The translations under genes and the position numbers were made by a program. Of a DNA stretch of 64,000 nucleotides, positions 26,563-35,849 are shown piece by piece. Location: positions 186,001-250,000 of IMG/VR virus record IMGVR_UViG_3300020188_000808; one strand, written 5' to 3'. Numbering within the stretch: position 1 is the stretch's first letter; the number at the start of each line of letters is the position of its first letter. The notes beneath the pieces are model-generated. The model was not told the origin of the DNA and searched no databases. It saw only the letters and a program-made list of their open reading frames with translations.

Positions 26563-27153
26563 TTACCACTTCCTACATGACCAGTAACGTGCCTTAGTAC
26601 GTGGTCCTGGATTATCACAGTTGTGTCTAGCACGGAAACTTCTTCTACGTGCTGGATTAGACTTTTTAATACTCATTGCCTTACCTTTGACACTTGATCC
26701 ACCGTGTCCAAAGTTTACTTTTTTAACATTTCCTGTTTTAGGATCTTTTACATATACCTTAAACTTCTTAACATCACCTTGCATAGGTTTACCAAGTTTT
26801 ACTTTACGTCCTTGATATTCTGCTTCGTCTACAATATCATCTTCGTTATACCACATAACACCGTACTGTTCATAAAACTCATCATCATCGTCATAAGTTT
26901 CTTCAATAATATCTTCGCCAAGCCCTGCACTAATTTCAATATCAAAGTCATCGTAACCTTGTTCGAACATGTAGTTTGCTAGTCTGTTAGCATACTCGTT
27001 TGATTCGTCTTCTGAAAGTTGTTTTGGTAAAGCAATTTCCCATGCTGTACCACCTTGCTCAGTTTCGTAAAGATTTTGATCAGGAAAGATACTTTCGTCT
27101 AACAACTTAGTTGTTTCCTGTTTTTCCATTACTATTCTTACAAAATGTTCCAT
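26563..27153 (-). CDS. acidic-then-basic putative internal virion protein
   Basis: Acidic N-terminal half; C-terminal basic module EAEYQGRKVKL...ARYWSCRKW. Confidence 0.65.
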   Translation of the reverse strand: MEHFVRIVMEKQETTKLLDESIFPDQNLYETEQGGTAWEIALPKQLSEDESNEYANRLANYMFEQGYDDFDIEISAGLGEDIIEETYDDDDEFYEQYGVMWYNEDDIVDEAEYQGRKVKLGKPMQGDVKKFKVYVKDPKTGNVKKVNFGHGGSSVKGKAMSIKKSNPARRRSFRARHNCDNPGPRTKARYWSCRKW

Positions 27154-27161
27154 CTTATCTC

Positions 27162-27500
27162 CTAGTGGTTTAATAGCACACTATTTACTGTACCTGCTGT
27201 ATGTACTGCTAACACTCTTACCCAAACAAAATTGCCTGTAAAGTTTTTAAAGTAATTACCGTCACTACCTGTTTCGCTTGTATTAGTTATATCAAACCAA
27301 TCATCAGCTGTAGGAGTTACTGCTAGAGTTCCTTGCATTTTAATAGTTCCGTTAAAGCCACTAAGGTTGTATTGCACAGTATGGAACCCATCTGCACGAC
27401 CGTAATAGCCGTCTCCTTTAAACTTCTCACCTGTAATAGTCTGTGTTGTACTATCTCCTAGGTGTGTGTTTTGTGTTAATATTGTTGTACTGTTGGACAT
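27162..27500 (-). CDS. putative structural protein
   Basis: 112 aa, beta-rich and Thr/Gly-rich; late promoter at 27506..27513. Confidence 0.6.
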   Translation of the reverse strand: MSNSTTILTQNTHLGDSTTQTITGEKFKGDGYYGRADGFHTVQYNLSGFNGTIKMQGTLAVTPTADDWFDITNTSETGSDGNYFKNFTGNFVWVRVLAVHTAGTVNSVLLNH

Positions 27501-27504
27501 ATAG

Positions 27505-28161
27505 TTATTTATCTAGATCTTTACTACTTATAATTTTATCAATTCTCATCAAATCCTTCTTTAAGAACAATCTAATTAAGGTTATAGTGGCAAAATCTTT
27601 AACATACATGTACATACCTTTGAGATTATATCCGCGTTGTATGTTACTTAATACTCTATTACCTATCTTAATTTTACTTTTATGTTTGATGCAGAAGTTC
27701 GCAAGGTTCGGATCAGCAGTTCCGTTAAGTGTAATTTTATAACCAAAGTCTATAGTATCATTAATAATAATATTAGGGGTTAAGATTGCATTATCTTTGG
27801 GCATGTGTACTACGCAAACTGCGTTTAGTTTACTAGTTATAGTTTTAACCCATTCATAGTTATTAGTGTATATTCCTAAGTGATAACTTTCACAACGAAT
27901 TTTAAAATTTTCTTTTTGTTTTATGAATAACGAAAGTAATATCTGTAGATCGGATAGTTCTTCAGAAGTAACATTTACTGTTCTAAATCCAGACCCCCAT
28001 TTAACAAAACCTTCAGCTTCGTATTGTTGAATAGCAGTATCGATAGACTTTCTTGCATGAGAAAAGTTTTTATTTCTAAAAACAAAGCCTAATGCATTAT
28101 GAAAGTCTACCTTATACTTGTATTGATCGTAGAATAGTTTATGAGAATCAACTTTTATCAA
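27505..28161 (-). CDS. hypothetical protein
   Basis: 218-aa ORF overlapping the clpA stop region. Confidence 0.7.
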   Translation of the reverse strand: MIKVDSHKLFYDQYKYKVDFHNALGFVFRNKNFSHARKSIDTAIQQYEAEGFVKWGSGFRTVNVTSEELSDLQILLSLFIKQKENFKIRCESYHLGIYTNNYEWVKTITSKLNAVCVVHMPKDNAILTPNIIINDTIDFGYKITLNGTADPNLANFCIKHKSKIKIGNRVLSNIQRGYNLKGMYMYVKDFATITLIRLFLKKDLMRIDKIISSKDLDK

Positions 28162-30415
28162 CTGTTTCGGGCTCCTTGACTGTATTTACAGTAGTCTGTA
28201 AGTCAAACGCTCCGTCTTTAATGTCGATATGTAGTTTACCACCGTTCTTTAGGTCACCAAACAGTAATACTTTAGACAACGGAGTTTTAATATCATTATC
28301 AATTACACGTTGCAACGGTCTTGCACCCATCTTGGGATCAAATCCTTTGTCTACTAAGTAATCAATTGCTTCGTCTGAAATAGTAGTTACAACATTCTTT
28401 TCAGTAAGCATTGTCTTAAGATCAACTAAGAACTTACCAACAATTTTAATCATTGTATTCTTTTCTAATCTACCAAATGTCATAACACCGTCAAGTCTGT
28501 TACGGAATTCTGGAGCAAAGAACTTTTTAAGTTCGCCATCGTCGTGGTCTTTCTCCATATCGCCAAATCCTACTGCATTAGTATCAGCTTCAGCTGAACC
28601 TAAGTTTGTTGTAAGGATTAATACAAGGTTTCTACAGTCAGCAGTCTTACCGTTACTACCTGTAACAAATCCGTTGTCCATAATTTGTAATAATAATGAA
28701 CTTACATCTGGGTGTGACTTCTCAATTTCATCAAGTAGTAATACACAGTTTGGATTCTCTTGTACTTTAGTAATTAGTAAGCCACTATTTTCTTCAAAGC
28801 CTACATATCCTGGAGGCGAACCAATTAGTTTAGCAACACTATGTTTCTCTTGATACTCTGACATATCAAATCTAATTAGTTTTACACCTAATTGTTTTGC
28901 AAGTTGTTTCGCTGTTTCAGTTTTACCTACACCAGTTGGCCCCATAAACACAAACGATCCAATTGGTTTGTTTTCTGCTTTAAGTCCTGCTTGTGCTACA
29001 TGAATCTTATCAACAATGCTGTCAATTGAACTGTCTTGTCCGTAAATTGCGGCTTTCATATTATGGTTTAAATTAGCAAGGTTACTAGTTTCAGTTTCCA
29101 TAATTTGTTCTTTAGGCATGTTAATCATCTTAGCAAGTTCAAACTGTACTTCTTTCATACCAACTGTCTTGTTTGGTTCACTTGTAATATTAAATCTTGA
29201 ACATGCTACATCTAATAAGTCAATAGCTTTGTCAGGTAATTTTTTATCTGTTTGATATTTCACACTAAGTTTAATTGCAGTATCAATAGCTTCTTCTGTA
29301 ATAGATACTTTGTGAAAGTCTTCGTAATATTTTTTAATACCTAATAAAATATCTTTAGTAATTTCATTAGTAGGCTCGTCAACACTTACACGAGCAAATC
29401 TACGCATCAATGCACGATCTTTTTCAAAGAACTTTCTATATTCTTCCCATGTAGTTGATGCTACAACTTTAATATTTCCTTTAGTAAGAATAGGCTTTAG
29501 CATATTAGCTAAGTCATTTGATTGACCACTACCGCCAGCACCTGCTCCACTAATCATATGGGCTTCGTCAATAAACATAATAGTTTTGCCTTTCTTCTTA
29601 AGGCCAGCAATAACTAATTTAAATCTTTCTTCAAAGTCTCCTCGGTATTTACTACCTGCTAACATACTACCAATGTCTAAGTTGTATACTGCATATTCTT
29701 TAAGAAACTCTGGAACATTGTTATTAACAATATTATATGCAAGTCCTTCTGCAATAGCAGTTTTACCTACACCAGGCTCACCAACTAGCAATACATTGTT
29801 CTTCTGTCTACGGCCAAGTGCTAGTGCAATGCTTTCGAGTTCTTCTGAACGTCCAATAACAGGATCAATTTTTCCTGTTTCAGCATCAGTATTAAGATTA
29901 GTTGTAAACGAACGTAATGCACGATTGGCCATCCCGGCCATTTCCTCATCTTCAAAGTTAGCTTCAAGTTCATTGTTTAGATAGTCGGCAAACTTTTCTT
30001 TTTCAATGCCTACTTCGTTAATAAAGTACAATGCCCAACTTTTCTTTTCGTTAAACATACTTAGGAATACATCGCTAACTTCAATAGAGTTGCGACCACT
30101 AAACAACACTTGTGTAAATGCTCTGTTTAGTACACGTTCTACAGCCTGTGTTTTCTTAGGCTTCCATTTTTTAGGAAGTTCCGCTCCTTCAGGCATTAGT
30201 AAGTCGTTACATTTAGTTTTAAGATAGTTCTCTACATTCTTTTTTATAAAATCAGGGTCAGTATCATTATACCCAGATAGAATATTAGAAAAGTCTTCTT
30301 CACATAACATTGCAAACAACAAATGCTCTAATGTAAGATACTCGTGATTTAACTTTTTAGTTACATCAAGTGCTTTGTCAAATATTTTCTGTAAATTTTC
30401 GCTAGGTTCAACCAT
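28148..30415 (-). CDS. clpA: ATP-dependent Clp protease ATP-binding subunit ClpA
   Basis: Clp N-domain; two AAA+ modules (GEPGVGKT/FIDEAH and GPTGVGKT/LLDEIEK); no ClpB M-domain; VGF loop. Confidence 0.92.
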   Translation of the reverse strand: MVEPSENLQKIFDKALDVTKKLNHEYLTLEHLLFAMLCEEDFSNILSGYNDTDPDFIKKNVENYLKTKCNDLLMPEGAELPKKWKPKKTQAVERVLNRAFTQVLFSGRNSIEVSDVFLSMFNEKKSWALYFINEVGIEKEKFADYLNNELEANFEDEEMAGMANRALRSFTTNLNTDAETGKIDPVIGRSEELESIALALGRRQKNNVLLVGEPGVGKTAIAEGLAYNIVNNNVPEFLKEYAVYNLDIGSMLAGSKYRGDFEERFKLVIAGLKKKGKTIMFIDEAHMISGAGAGGSGQSNDLANMLKPILTKGNIKVVASTTWEEYRKFFEKDRALMRRFARVSVDEPTNEITKDILLGIKKYYEDFHKVSITEEAIDTAIKLSVKYQTDKKLPDKAIDLLDVACSRFNITSEPNKTVGMKEVQFELAKMINMPKEQIMETETSNLANLNHNMKAAIYGQDSSIDSIVDKIHVAQAGLKAENKPIGSFVFMGPTGVGKTETAKQLAKQLGVKLIRFDMSEYQEKHSVAKLIGSPPGYVGFEENSGLLITKVQENPNCVLLLDEIEKSHPDVSSLLLQIMDNGFVTGSNGKTADCRNLVLILTTNLGSAEADTNAVGFGDMEKDHDDGELKKFFAPEFRNRLDGVMTFGRLEKNTMIKIVGKFLVDLKTMLTEKNVVTTISDEAIDYLVDKGFDPKMGARPLQRVIDNDIKTPLSKVLLFGDLKNGGKLHIDIKDGAFDLQTTVNTVKEPETVDKS

Positions 30416-30942
30416 TATGTTATGTACGCTCCAAATCTTTTTAATAATTTTGATTGCTTTTTCTTAGCAATGTCGAGTTTTAATTTACTTACACGGTCAA
30501 TGTAATTGATTCCGTATAAGTGATCGTATTCATGTCCTGCAATTCTTGCATTCCATCCTACTAGTTCTATTGTACACTCTTTACGACTAGAGTCAAGACA
30601 CTCTATTACCATTCCTGTTGGTCTTTTAACCTTAAAAAATAGTAATGGAAAACTTAAACAACCTTCTTCGCCTAACACAGTCTCCTGACTTACGGCTGTA
30701 ATTTTAGGATTAATAATTGCAAAAGGTTTATTATCTTCATAACCTTCTAATCCTTCAGGTTTAATAATAAAGATTTGTGCATCAAGCCCAACTTGATTAG
30801 CACTAAGTCCTACACCGTTTTCTTTTTCCATAATTTCAATCATTTCTGATTCAATTTGTTTAGCATCGTACTTGTCAAAGTCAAACGGCGCTACTTTTTT
30901 ATCTAAGAACGGGTCGGGGAATCTAAGTAGTTTTAGTTTCAT
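30415..30942 (-). CDS. def: peptide deformylase
   Basis: GVGLSANQ, EGCLS, HEYDH. Confidence 0.95.
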   Translation of the reverse strand: MKLKLLRFPDPFLDKKVAPFDFDKYDAKQIESEMIEIMEKENGVGLSANQVGLDAQIFIIKPEGLEGYEDNKPFAIINPKITAVSQETVLGEEGCLSFPLLFFKVKRPTGMVIECLDSSRKECTIELVGWNARIAGHEYDHLYGINYIDRVSKLKLDIAKKKQSKLLKRFGAYIT

Positions 30943-31771
30943 CTTGTATCTTTCTTATTTTTTCTCTTAATAGTTCGTCGTTAATTTTTGGTGTAACACC
31001 ATTTACTTTAATATATAAGTTGCCTGTTTGTCCTTGTCGTCTATTTGGTAATCCCTGTCCACCAACACTAAAAACTGTTCCTGGGTTTGACCCTGCTGGT
31101 ACATTAACACTTAATGTACGTCCGTGTATTGTTTGGATGGTTATGTTTGTGCCTAAAATGAAATCAAATAAATTTAACTTCTTGTCTATATATAAATTTA
31201 TGCCATCTTGAGTGTACTCGGGGTGCTTTCTGACTCTTATAAGAACATGCAAATCACCTCTTGGTGCTTGGCTATGTGCATCACTGCCCATGCCTGCATA
31301 CCGTATTCTATCACCTGCTTGTACACCTGGTGGTAATTTAATTTCTACTGTTTCTTCTCTACCACTAGGCAATCTGTAAGTTGCAATAACTTCTTTACCG
31401 GTAACAATATCTTCTAAATCAATATCAGCACCAATAGTTATATCTTGGTTCCTCATATGTCTACGCATATTTGGGTTTGCTCCAAACATTTGTCCAAATA
31501 TATCTTCAAAATTAGCACCACCAAAAGCATTTGAAAAATGACTCTGCTGTTGTGCTTGTGCTTGTTGAGGATCAGCAGTTCCATACTGATCATACATCTG
31601 TCTTTTTTGTGGATCTTTTAGTGCAGAGTATGCTTCGTTAATTTGTTTGAACTTTTCATCACTTCCACCATTCCGATCAGGGTGGTGTTGCATACTTTGT
31701 TTCTTGTATGCTTTCTTCAGCTCTGAGTCTGTGGCGTTTCTTGGAACACCTAAAAGTTCGTAATAATCCAT
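30923..31771 (-). CDS. dnaJ: DnaJ/CbpA-type co-chaperone (class B, no zinc finger)
   Basis: MDYYELLGV...HPD J-domain, G/F region, C-terminal domain; no CxxCxGxG repeats. Confidence 0.92.
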   Translation of the reverse strand: MDYYELLGVPRNATDSELKKAYKKQSMQHHPDRNGGSDEKFKQINEAYSALKDPQKRQMYDQYGTADPQQAQAQQQSHFSNAFGGANFEDIFGQMFGANPNMRRHMRNQDITIGADIDLEDIVTGKEVIATYRLPSGREETVEIKLPPGVQAGDRIRYAGMGSDAHSQAPRGDLHVLIRVRKHPEYTQDGINLYIDKKLNLFDFILGTNITIQTIHGRTLSVNVPAGSNPGTVFSVGGQGLPNRRQGQTGNLYIKVNGVTPKINDELLREKIRKIQDETKTT

Positions 31772-31777
31772 AATAGT

Positions 31778-31806
31778 ATTATATACTTATCTTAGGCTTT
31801 TGTCAA
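31778..31806 (-). promoter_or_regulatory. consensus sigma70 promoter TTGACA-N17-TATAAT for dnaJ-def-clpA
   Basis: Perfect match; -10 ends 6 nt upstream of the ATG. Confidence 0.85.
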
Positions 31807-31809
31807 GTT

Positions 31810-32151
31810 CTATTTGTCTGGATTCTTTTTAGATGTACCAGCATATAGTCCAAACCATGCCGCTCCTGCACCTACAACAATACTAACTAATCCTGATTGC
31901 TCTAAGTTTGGATTTGGTAAATTCATGAACCATGTTGTAACATCATATAATAAGTAAATGTAAACTGACAAAAAGATTCTTGGAAAAATTCTCCAAGCAT
32001 CTACAGCTCTTGCGAGAAAGATAAGATGCATATACGGATTCTTACCACTGTCAACTACATTAGTATCTACTTCTAATTCTAGTTTAACTTTTTTTGTATC
32101 TGTAGTTTCTACCTTTGTATCAGTTTCTACTTTTTTAGTTTCATTTTCCAT
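31810..32151 (-). CDS. two-TM membrane protein (holin-like candidate)
   Basis: Charged N-terminus, two hydrophobic helices, basic C-terminus. Confidence 0.55.
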   Translation of the reverse strand: MENETKKVETDTKVETTDTKKVKLELEVDTNVVDSGKNPYMHLIFLARAVDAWRIFPRIFLSVYIYLLYDVTTWFMNLPNPNLEQSGLVSIVVGAGAAWFGLYAGTSKKNPDK

Positions 32152-32575
32152 TTTTAATTTTCTCTATATTTTCTTTATTATCTTTAATTGCATCAGTTTG
32201 TGCTTTATCAATCATCTCTTGAAGACGTCTTCCTTTATCAATATCTGAATCTAAATGTAGATTTTTATTAATAACTTTTTCTAACCTGTGAAACTTAACA
32301 CGGTCATTTGGAATATATCTCCAAGTATAACCACGCTTACCGTAAACACCAAACACACTTTCACGCAATCCTATTTTAACTATAATAGCATCATCGTCAT
32401 CTAATATAATAGCATCACCCTCATTAAACGCAGGATTCATTTTAAACTTTAATCCTGACATTAGATTAGCCGCAAAATCTTTAAACCAGAAAGCAACAGA
32501 AATACTAATTAGTATTGCTATCCAAGGTGCTAACAAATCTGTTAAGCTCATTCCTAATTGATCAAATGCGTCCAT
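32141..32575 (-). CDS. mini MscS-like membrane protein
   Basis: TM helix, then FNEGD-x-I...VKIGLR...IPN of the MscS beta domain. Confidence 0.6.
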   Translation of the reverse strand: MDAFDQLGMSLTDLLAPWIAILISISVAFWFKDFAANLMSGLKFKMNPAFNEGDAIILDDDDAIIVKIGLRESVFGVYGKRGYTWRYIPNDRVKFHRLEKVINKNLHLDSDIDKGRRLQEMIDKAQTDAIKDNKENIEKIKNGK

Positions 32576-32607
32576 CTTCGTCTCCACTAGTATTTATCAG
32601 TCAAAAG

Positions 32608-32641
32608 GAAAGGTTGTCCAAAATAAATTAAACAACCTTTC
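32608..32641 (-). terminator. probable intrinsic terminator
   Basis: 10-bp perfect stem GAAAGGTTGT/ACAACCTTTC followed by CUUUU on the minus strand, just after the stop at 32652. Confidence 0.6.
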
Positions 32642-32651
32642 TAGTTTTTTC

Positions 32652-34445
32652 TTAGTTTATAGCAGGTAACTTACTGTAGTTAACTGTATAATACCCTGAT
32701 GGGTGTGTATCAACTGCGTCTGCATACTTAGTTTCTAATAGCTCTTGTGCCATTACACCTGTTTGTACTGCATTATCCCACACATAATTATATGTGTAAG
32801 TGTTAATACCGTTGACTTTGCCTGCAAATTCAACGTTTTCTTTTAAGCGTGAGTCTGAAAAGAATTTCTTAACACTCTTCCAACTCTTCTTAGCACCGTC
32901 AGCAACTACATTAGCCGCATCAGTAATAGCTTTTTCAGCACTCTTAATGGCATTGTTTGCTTGATTAATAGTATTGTTACATGCATTAATGGCGCTGTTA
33001 CATGCATTAATAGTGCTGTTAGCCGCTTTAACAGCGTTATTAGCATTAAATACACTTGTAGTCCACTTACCTACTTCGTTACCCCAATGTGCAACTGCAT
33101 TAGCCGCATCAGTCATTGCTTGACCAGTTTGGTTAATTGCATCTTCGGTAGCACTTACTGCCGAGTTACATGCATCTACAGTTTGTTTTGCAACTTTTTC
33201 GCCTTGTTTAGCAACTACTTGTGCTTGGTTTGCAACTTTCATTGCTTCTGCTTGTGCTTTATCAATTCCATCAGTTACATGGTTCAATGCTTCGTCCATT
33301 GTTCCACCTGCGTTTAGAATAGCGTTAGCACCGTCTACTAGTGGTCCAATATCAATGTCAACATTCACATCAACATCTAGTCCAACTAGCAAAGCCGCTT
33401 GTCCGTCAATACCAAAACTAATTGTATCATCTGTATATGTAGCGTGTGCAGAACCTTGAGCACCAATTTGGCCTCCAATACTTGCACCAGCACCACCGGA
33501 TACTGTTGCTCCGCCTATGTGTGCAGAACCTTCAGCATCAACTCCAACGTTAGCACCTGCAATAGCACCGCCACCTACGTCAACTCCGTCTTTACCAATA
33601 CTTGCATGTCCACCTGCTTCTGCGTATGCTTCAGCGTGAGCACCTGCTGTACCTTCTGCACCTGCATCAACACTAATATCACCTACAGGTGTATCAATAC
33701 CAATCTTAGCATCTGCTGATCCTGTTGCTGTTACATCTGCACTTGCACTTGCACCAACTGTAGCCGCGGCTTCAACACCGTCTTTGTCAACTGATCCACT
33801 TGCTTTTGCGTGTGCTTCTGCTTCTGCTTTTGCTTTAGCTTCTACGTCTGCACTTGCATCTGCATGTGCGTCTACGCCTGGAACAATTTCTTGTTCAGCA
33901 TGAGCTTCAGCACCTGCACTTGCACTTGCTTCTGCACTAGCATGAGCTTCAGCGCCTGCGGCAAATGAACTATCAGTTACTTCGTAACCTGCACTTGCTC
34001 CTGCTTCAGCACTTGCACTTGCATCAGCTTCGTAACTAGCACCTGCGTGTTCGTCGCCTACTGTTTCACCTACTGATGTTTCGACACCTGCGGCAACTTG
34101 AATTGTGTACTGAGGTCTTGAAACATCTTGGACCATTGCTTCAGCTTGTGCAACTTGTGCCTGTGCCGCCGCATAATCGTCATCTGCTTGTTTTTGTTTT
34201 GCAATAGCATCATCATGATCTTTAATTGCTTGATCATGTGCCGCTTCAGCCGCCTCTTGTTGCTGTTGTGCAGTCTTTTGTTCGCTTTGTGCGTTTGCTT
34301 TATTAGCTTTTGCTGTATCTGCTTCTTGTTGTGCAGATTTCTTTTGATTTTCTGCTTTAGCTTTTTCTGAATTTTTTTGATTTATTTGATTTTGAGCATC
34401 ACGCTTTTGGGCTTCGGCTTTGTTTTTATCGTCTTGTGCTGACAT
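32652..34445 (-). CDS. fibrous protein: coiled coil + Gly/Ala beta-repeat + coiled coil + peptidase S74 chaperone domain
   Basis: AEASASA-type repeats, Asn-containing heptads, C-terminal SDSRLKENV...GVMAQEL. Confidence 0.7.
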   Translation of the reverse strand: MSAQDDKNKAEAQKRDAQNQINQKNSEKAKAENQKKSAQQEADTAKANKANAQSEQKTAQQQQEAAEAAHDQAIKDHDDAIAKQKQADDDYAAAQAQVAQAEAMVQDVSRPQYTIQVAAGVETSVGETVGDEHAGASYEADASASAEAGASAGYEVTDSSFAAGAEAHASAEASASAGAEAHAEQEIVPGVDAHADASADVEAKAKAEAEAHAKASGSVDKDGVEAAATVGASASADVTATGSADAKIGIDTPVGDISVDAGAEGTAGAHAEAYAEAGGHASIGKDGVDVGGGAIAGANVGVDAEGSAHIGGATVSGGAGASIGGQIGAQGSAHATYTDDTISFGIDGQAALLVGLDVDVNVDIDIGPLVDGANAILNAGGTMDEALNHVTDGIDKAQAEAMKVANQAQVVAKQGEKVAKQTVDACNSAVSATEDAINQTGQAMTDAANAVAHWGNEVGKWTTSVFNANNAVKAANSTINACNSAINACNNTINQANNAIKSAEKAITDAANVVADGAKKSWKSVKKFFSDSRLKENVEFAGKVNGINTYTYNYVWDNAVQTGVMAQELLETKYADAVDTHPSGYYTVNYSKLPAIN

Positions 34446-34732
34446 TACTTTCTCCTTTTAGATTCTAAATGTTTAATACGTGTTTCTAACTCGTCAATCT
34501 TACGAGCTATATTTGGATTTACTTTCTTCCATGCATCAGGGTCTTGATTAAACCATGTCCAACCATATCTATCTCTAATGCTGTCTAAAAGTGTGTCCCA
34601 TTTACCAAATACCCATAGTGCAATACGTGTATCTCTCATATATGCAATGAATAATGCTCCAAATATACTGCCGGCAATCGCGGTATATATCCATAGTCTA
34701 TCACTAGCCATGCGTTCTATCATTTCGATCAT
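34445..34732 (-). CDS. single-TM membrane protein
   Basis: N-terminal TM helix; late promoter at 34758..34765. Confidence 0.65.
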   Translation of the reverse strand: MIEMIERMASDRLWIYTAIAGSIFGALFIAYMRDTRIALWVFGKWDTLLDSIRDRYGWTWFNQDPDAWKKVNPNIARKIDELETRIKHLESKRRK

Positions 34733-34763
34733 ATTGTAATCCTGTGTATTATGTTAGTATTTA

Positions 34764-34925
34764 TCAGAAGGCACAAGCAATTTCGCCTTTGGGTTGTACC
34801 TCAATATTTTTATTATTTTTAGAATCTTTGGTAATATCAATGTCTGCACCAGGACGTACAGAACATGTACTTTTAGCACAAGAGGATAATAGGACAATCA
34901 GAGTCAACATTGCCCAAATACGCAT
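34764..34925 (-). CDS. 53-aa lipoprotein (not in the ORF track)
   Basis: Translated by hand: MRIWAMLTLIVLLSSCAKSTCSVRPGADIDITKDSKNNKNIEVQPKGEIACAF; lipobox LSSC; TAATG coupling. Confidence 0.75.
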   Translation of the reverse strand: MRIWAMLTLIVLLSSCAKSTCSVRPGADIDITKDSKNNKNIEVQPKGEIACAF

Positions 34926-35314
34926 TACTTTTTAGTTTTGCTTTTGTCTGTAGACTCGTAATATTCTTTGTAAGATTTAATAATTTCGTCTTGTTGAAGC
35001 ATATATGCACGTATTTGTGCGAAGTTTTTACTTAGAGCTTCATAACCGTCATCTGTTAATCCAAATAATACAGGGTCAACACCGCCTGCTTTAAGTTTAG
35101 CAAATACTTCATCGGCATTGTCACTAGTAATGATAGTCCATTTGATTTCTTCTAGTTTTGGAGTTAACGGTTGTGGCAACGCAAGAGGTTCTCTTGGAAC
35201 TTCTGTCTTAAAGACTTCTAGTTGCTTAACAGAACTACATCCACTAATAAGGAACGTAATTGGGATTAGCAATACTAGGACACTCAGAGTTGATCTCAGA
35301 TTTCTTAGTAGCAT
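34925..35314 (-). CDS. outer-membrane spanin-like lipoprotein (o-spanin)
   Basis: Signal peptide with ISGC lipobox, Pro-rich segment, overlaps the 3' end of the i-spanin. Confidence 0.7.
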   Translation of the reverse strand: MLLRNLRSTLSVLVLLIPITFLISGCSSVKQLEVFKTEVPREPLALPQPLTPKLEEIKWTIITSDNADEVFAKLKAGGVDPVLFGLTDDGYEALSKNFAQIRAYMLQQDEIIKSYKEYYESTDKSKTKK

Positions 35315-35729
35315 TTTTCTCTTTCTCCGTTAATGGTGACCCCATAGCAATTTCTACACATCTCATTGCTTTTGTAGTCGCACCGTTAATAACACGTTCA
35401 ACTGATTTAGGACGTTCATCTGCAAGTTTGCCAATGTCACGTACTTCACCTTGAGCGTTAATTTTATTAAAGCGTTCGTCTAGTGCTTGGAATTCAGCGG
35501 CTAGTGTTTTATTTTGTTCAGTTAGTTTGGCTGATATAGCTTTTTGCGATTCAAAGTCAGCTTTTGCTTGTGCAATTACTTCTTTTTGATCAGCAACACT
35601 TTGTTCTAACTTTAAATTATTTGCTTCTGATGTAGCCAAGTCTGCTTTTATATTCTTAACATATACATAGCCACCGCCGGCACCTGCCAACGCTACAACT
35701 ATCATTGCTATTTTAATCGATGCAAACAT
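35244..35729 (-). CDS. inner-membrane spanin-like protein (i-spanin)
   Basis: N-terminal TM, long coiled coil, two C-terminal Cys; follows the endolysin. Confidence 0.7.
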   Translation of the reverse strand: MFASIKIAMIVVALAGAGGGYVYVKNIKADLATSEANNLKLEQSVADQKEVIAQAKADFESQKAISAKLTEQNKTLAAEFQALDERFNKINAQGEVRDIGKLADERPKSVERVINGATTKAMRCVEIAMGSPLTEKEKNATKKSEINSECPSIANPNYVPY

Positions 35730-35849
35730 CTTTTACCTCATATCTATGTTGTTCACAGACGACAATTTCAATTGGCTTGTTGTCGCCGTCTGTAAACGTT
35801 TCAATTAGTTTACCTTCGTGTTGTCTACCGCAATTTTGGCAAACGTCAC

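Noticed and set aside
17155-30415. Inteins or introns in polB or clpA
   Set aside because: Lengths are normal, and no intein splice or LAGLIDADG motifs are visible.
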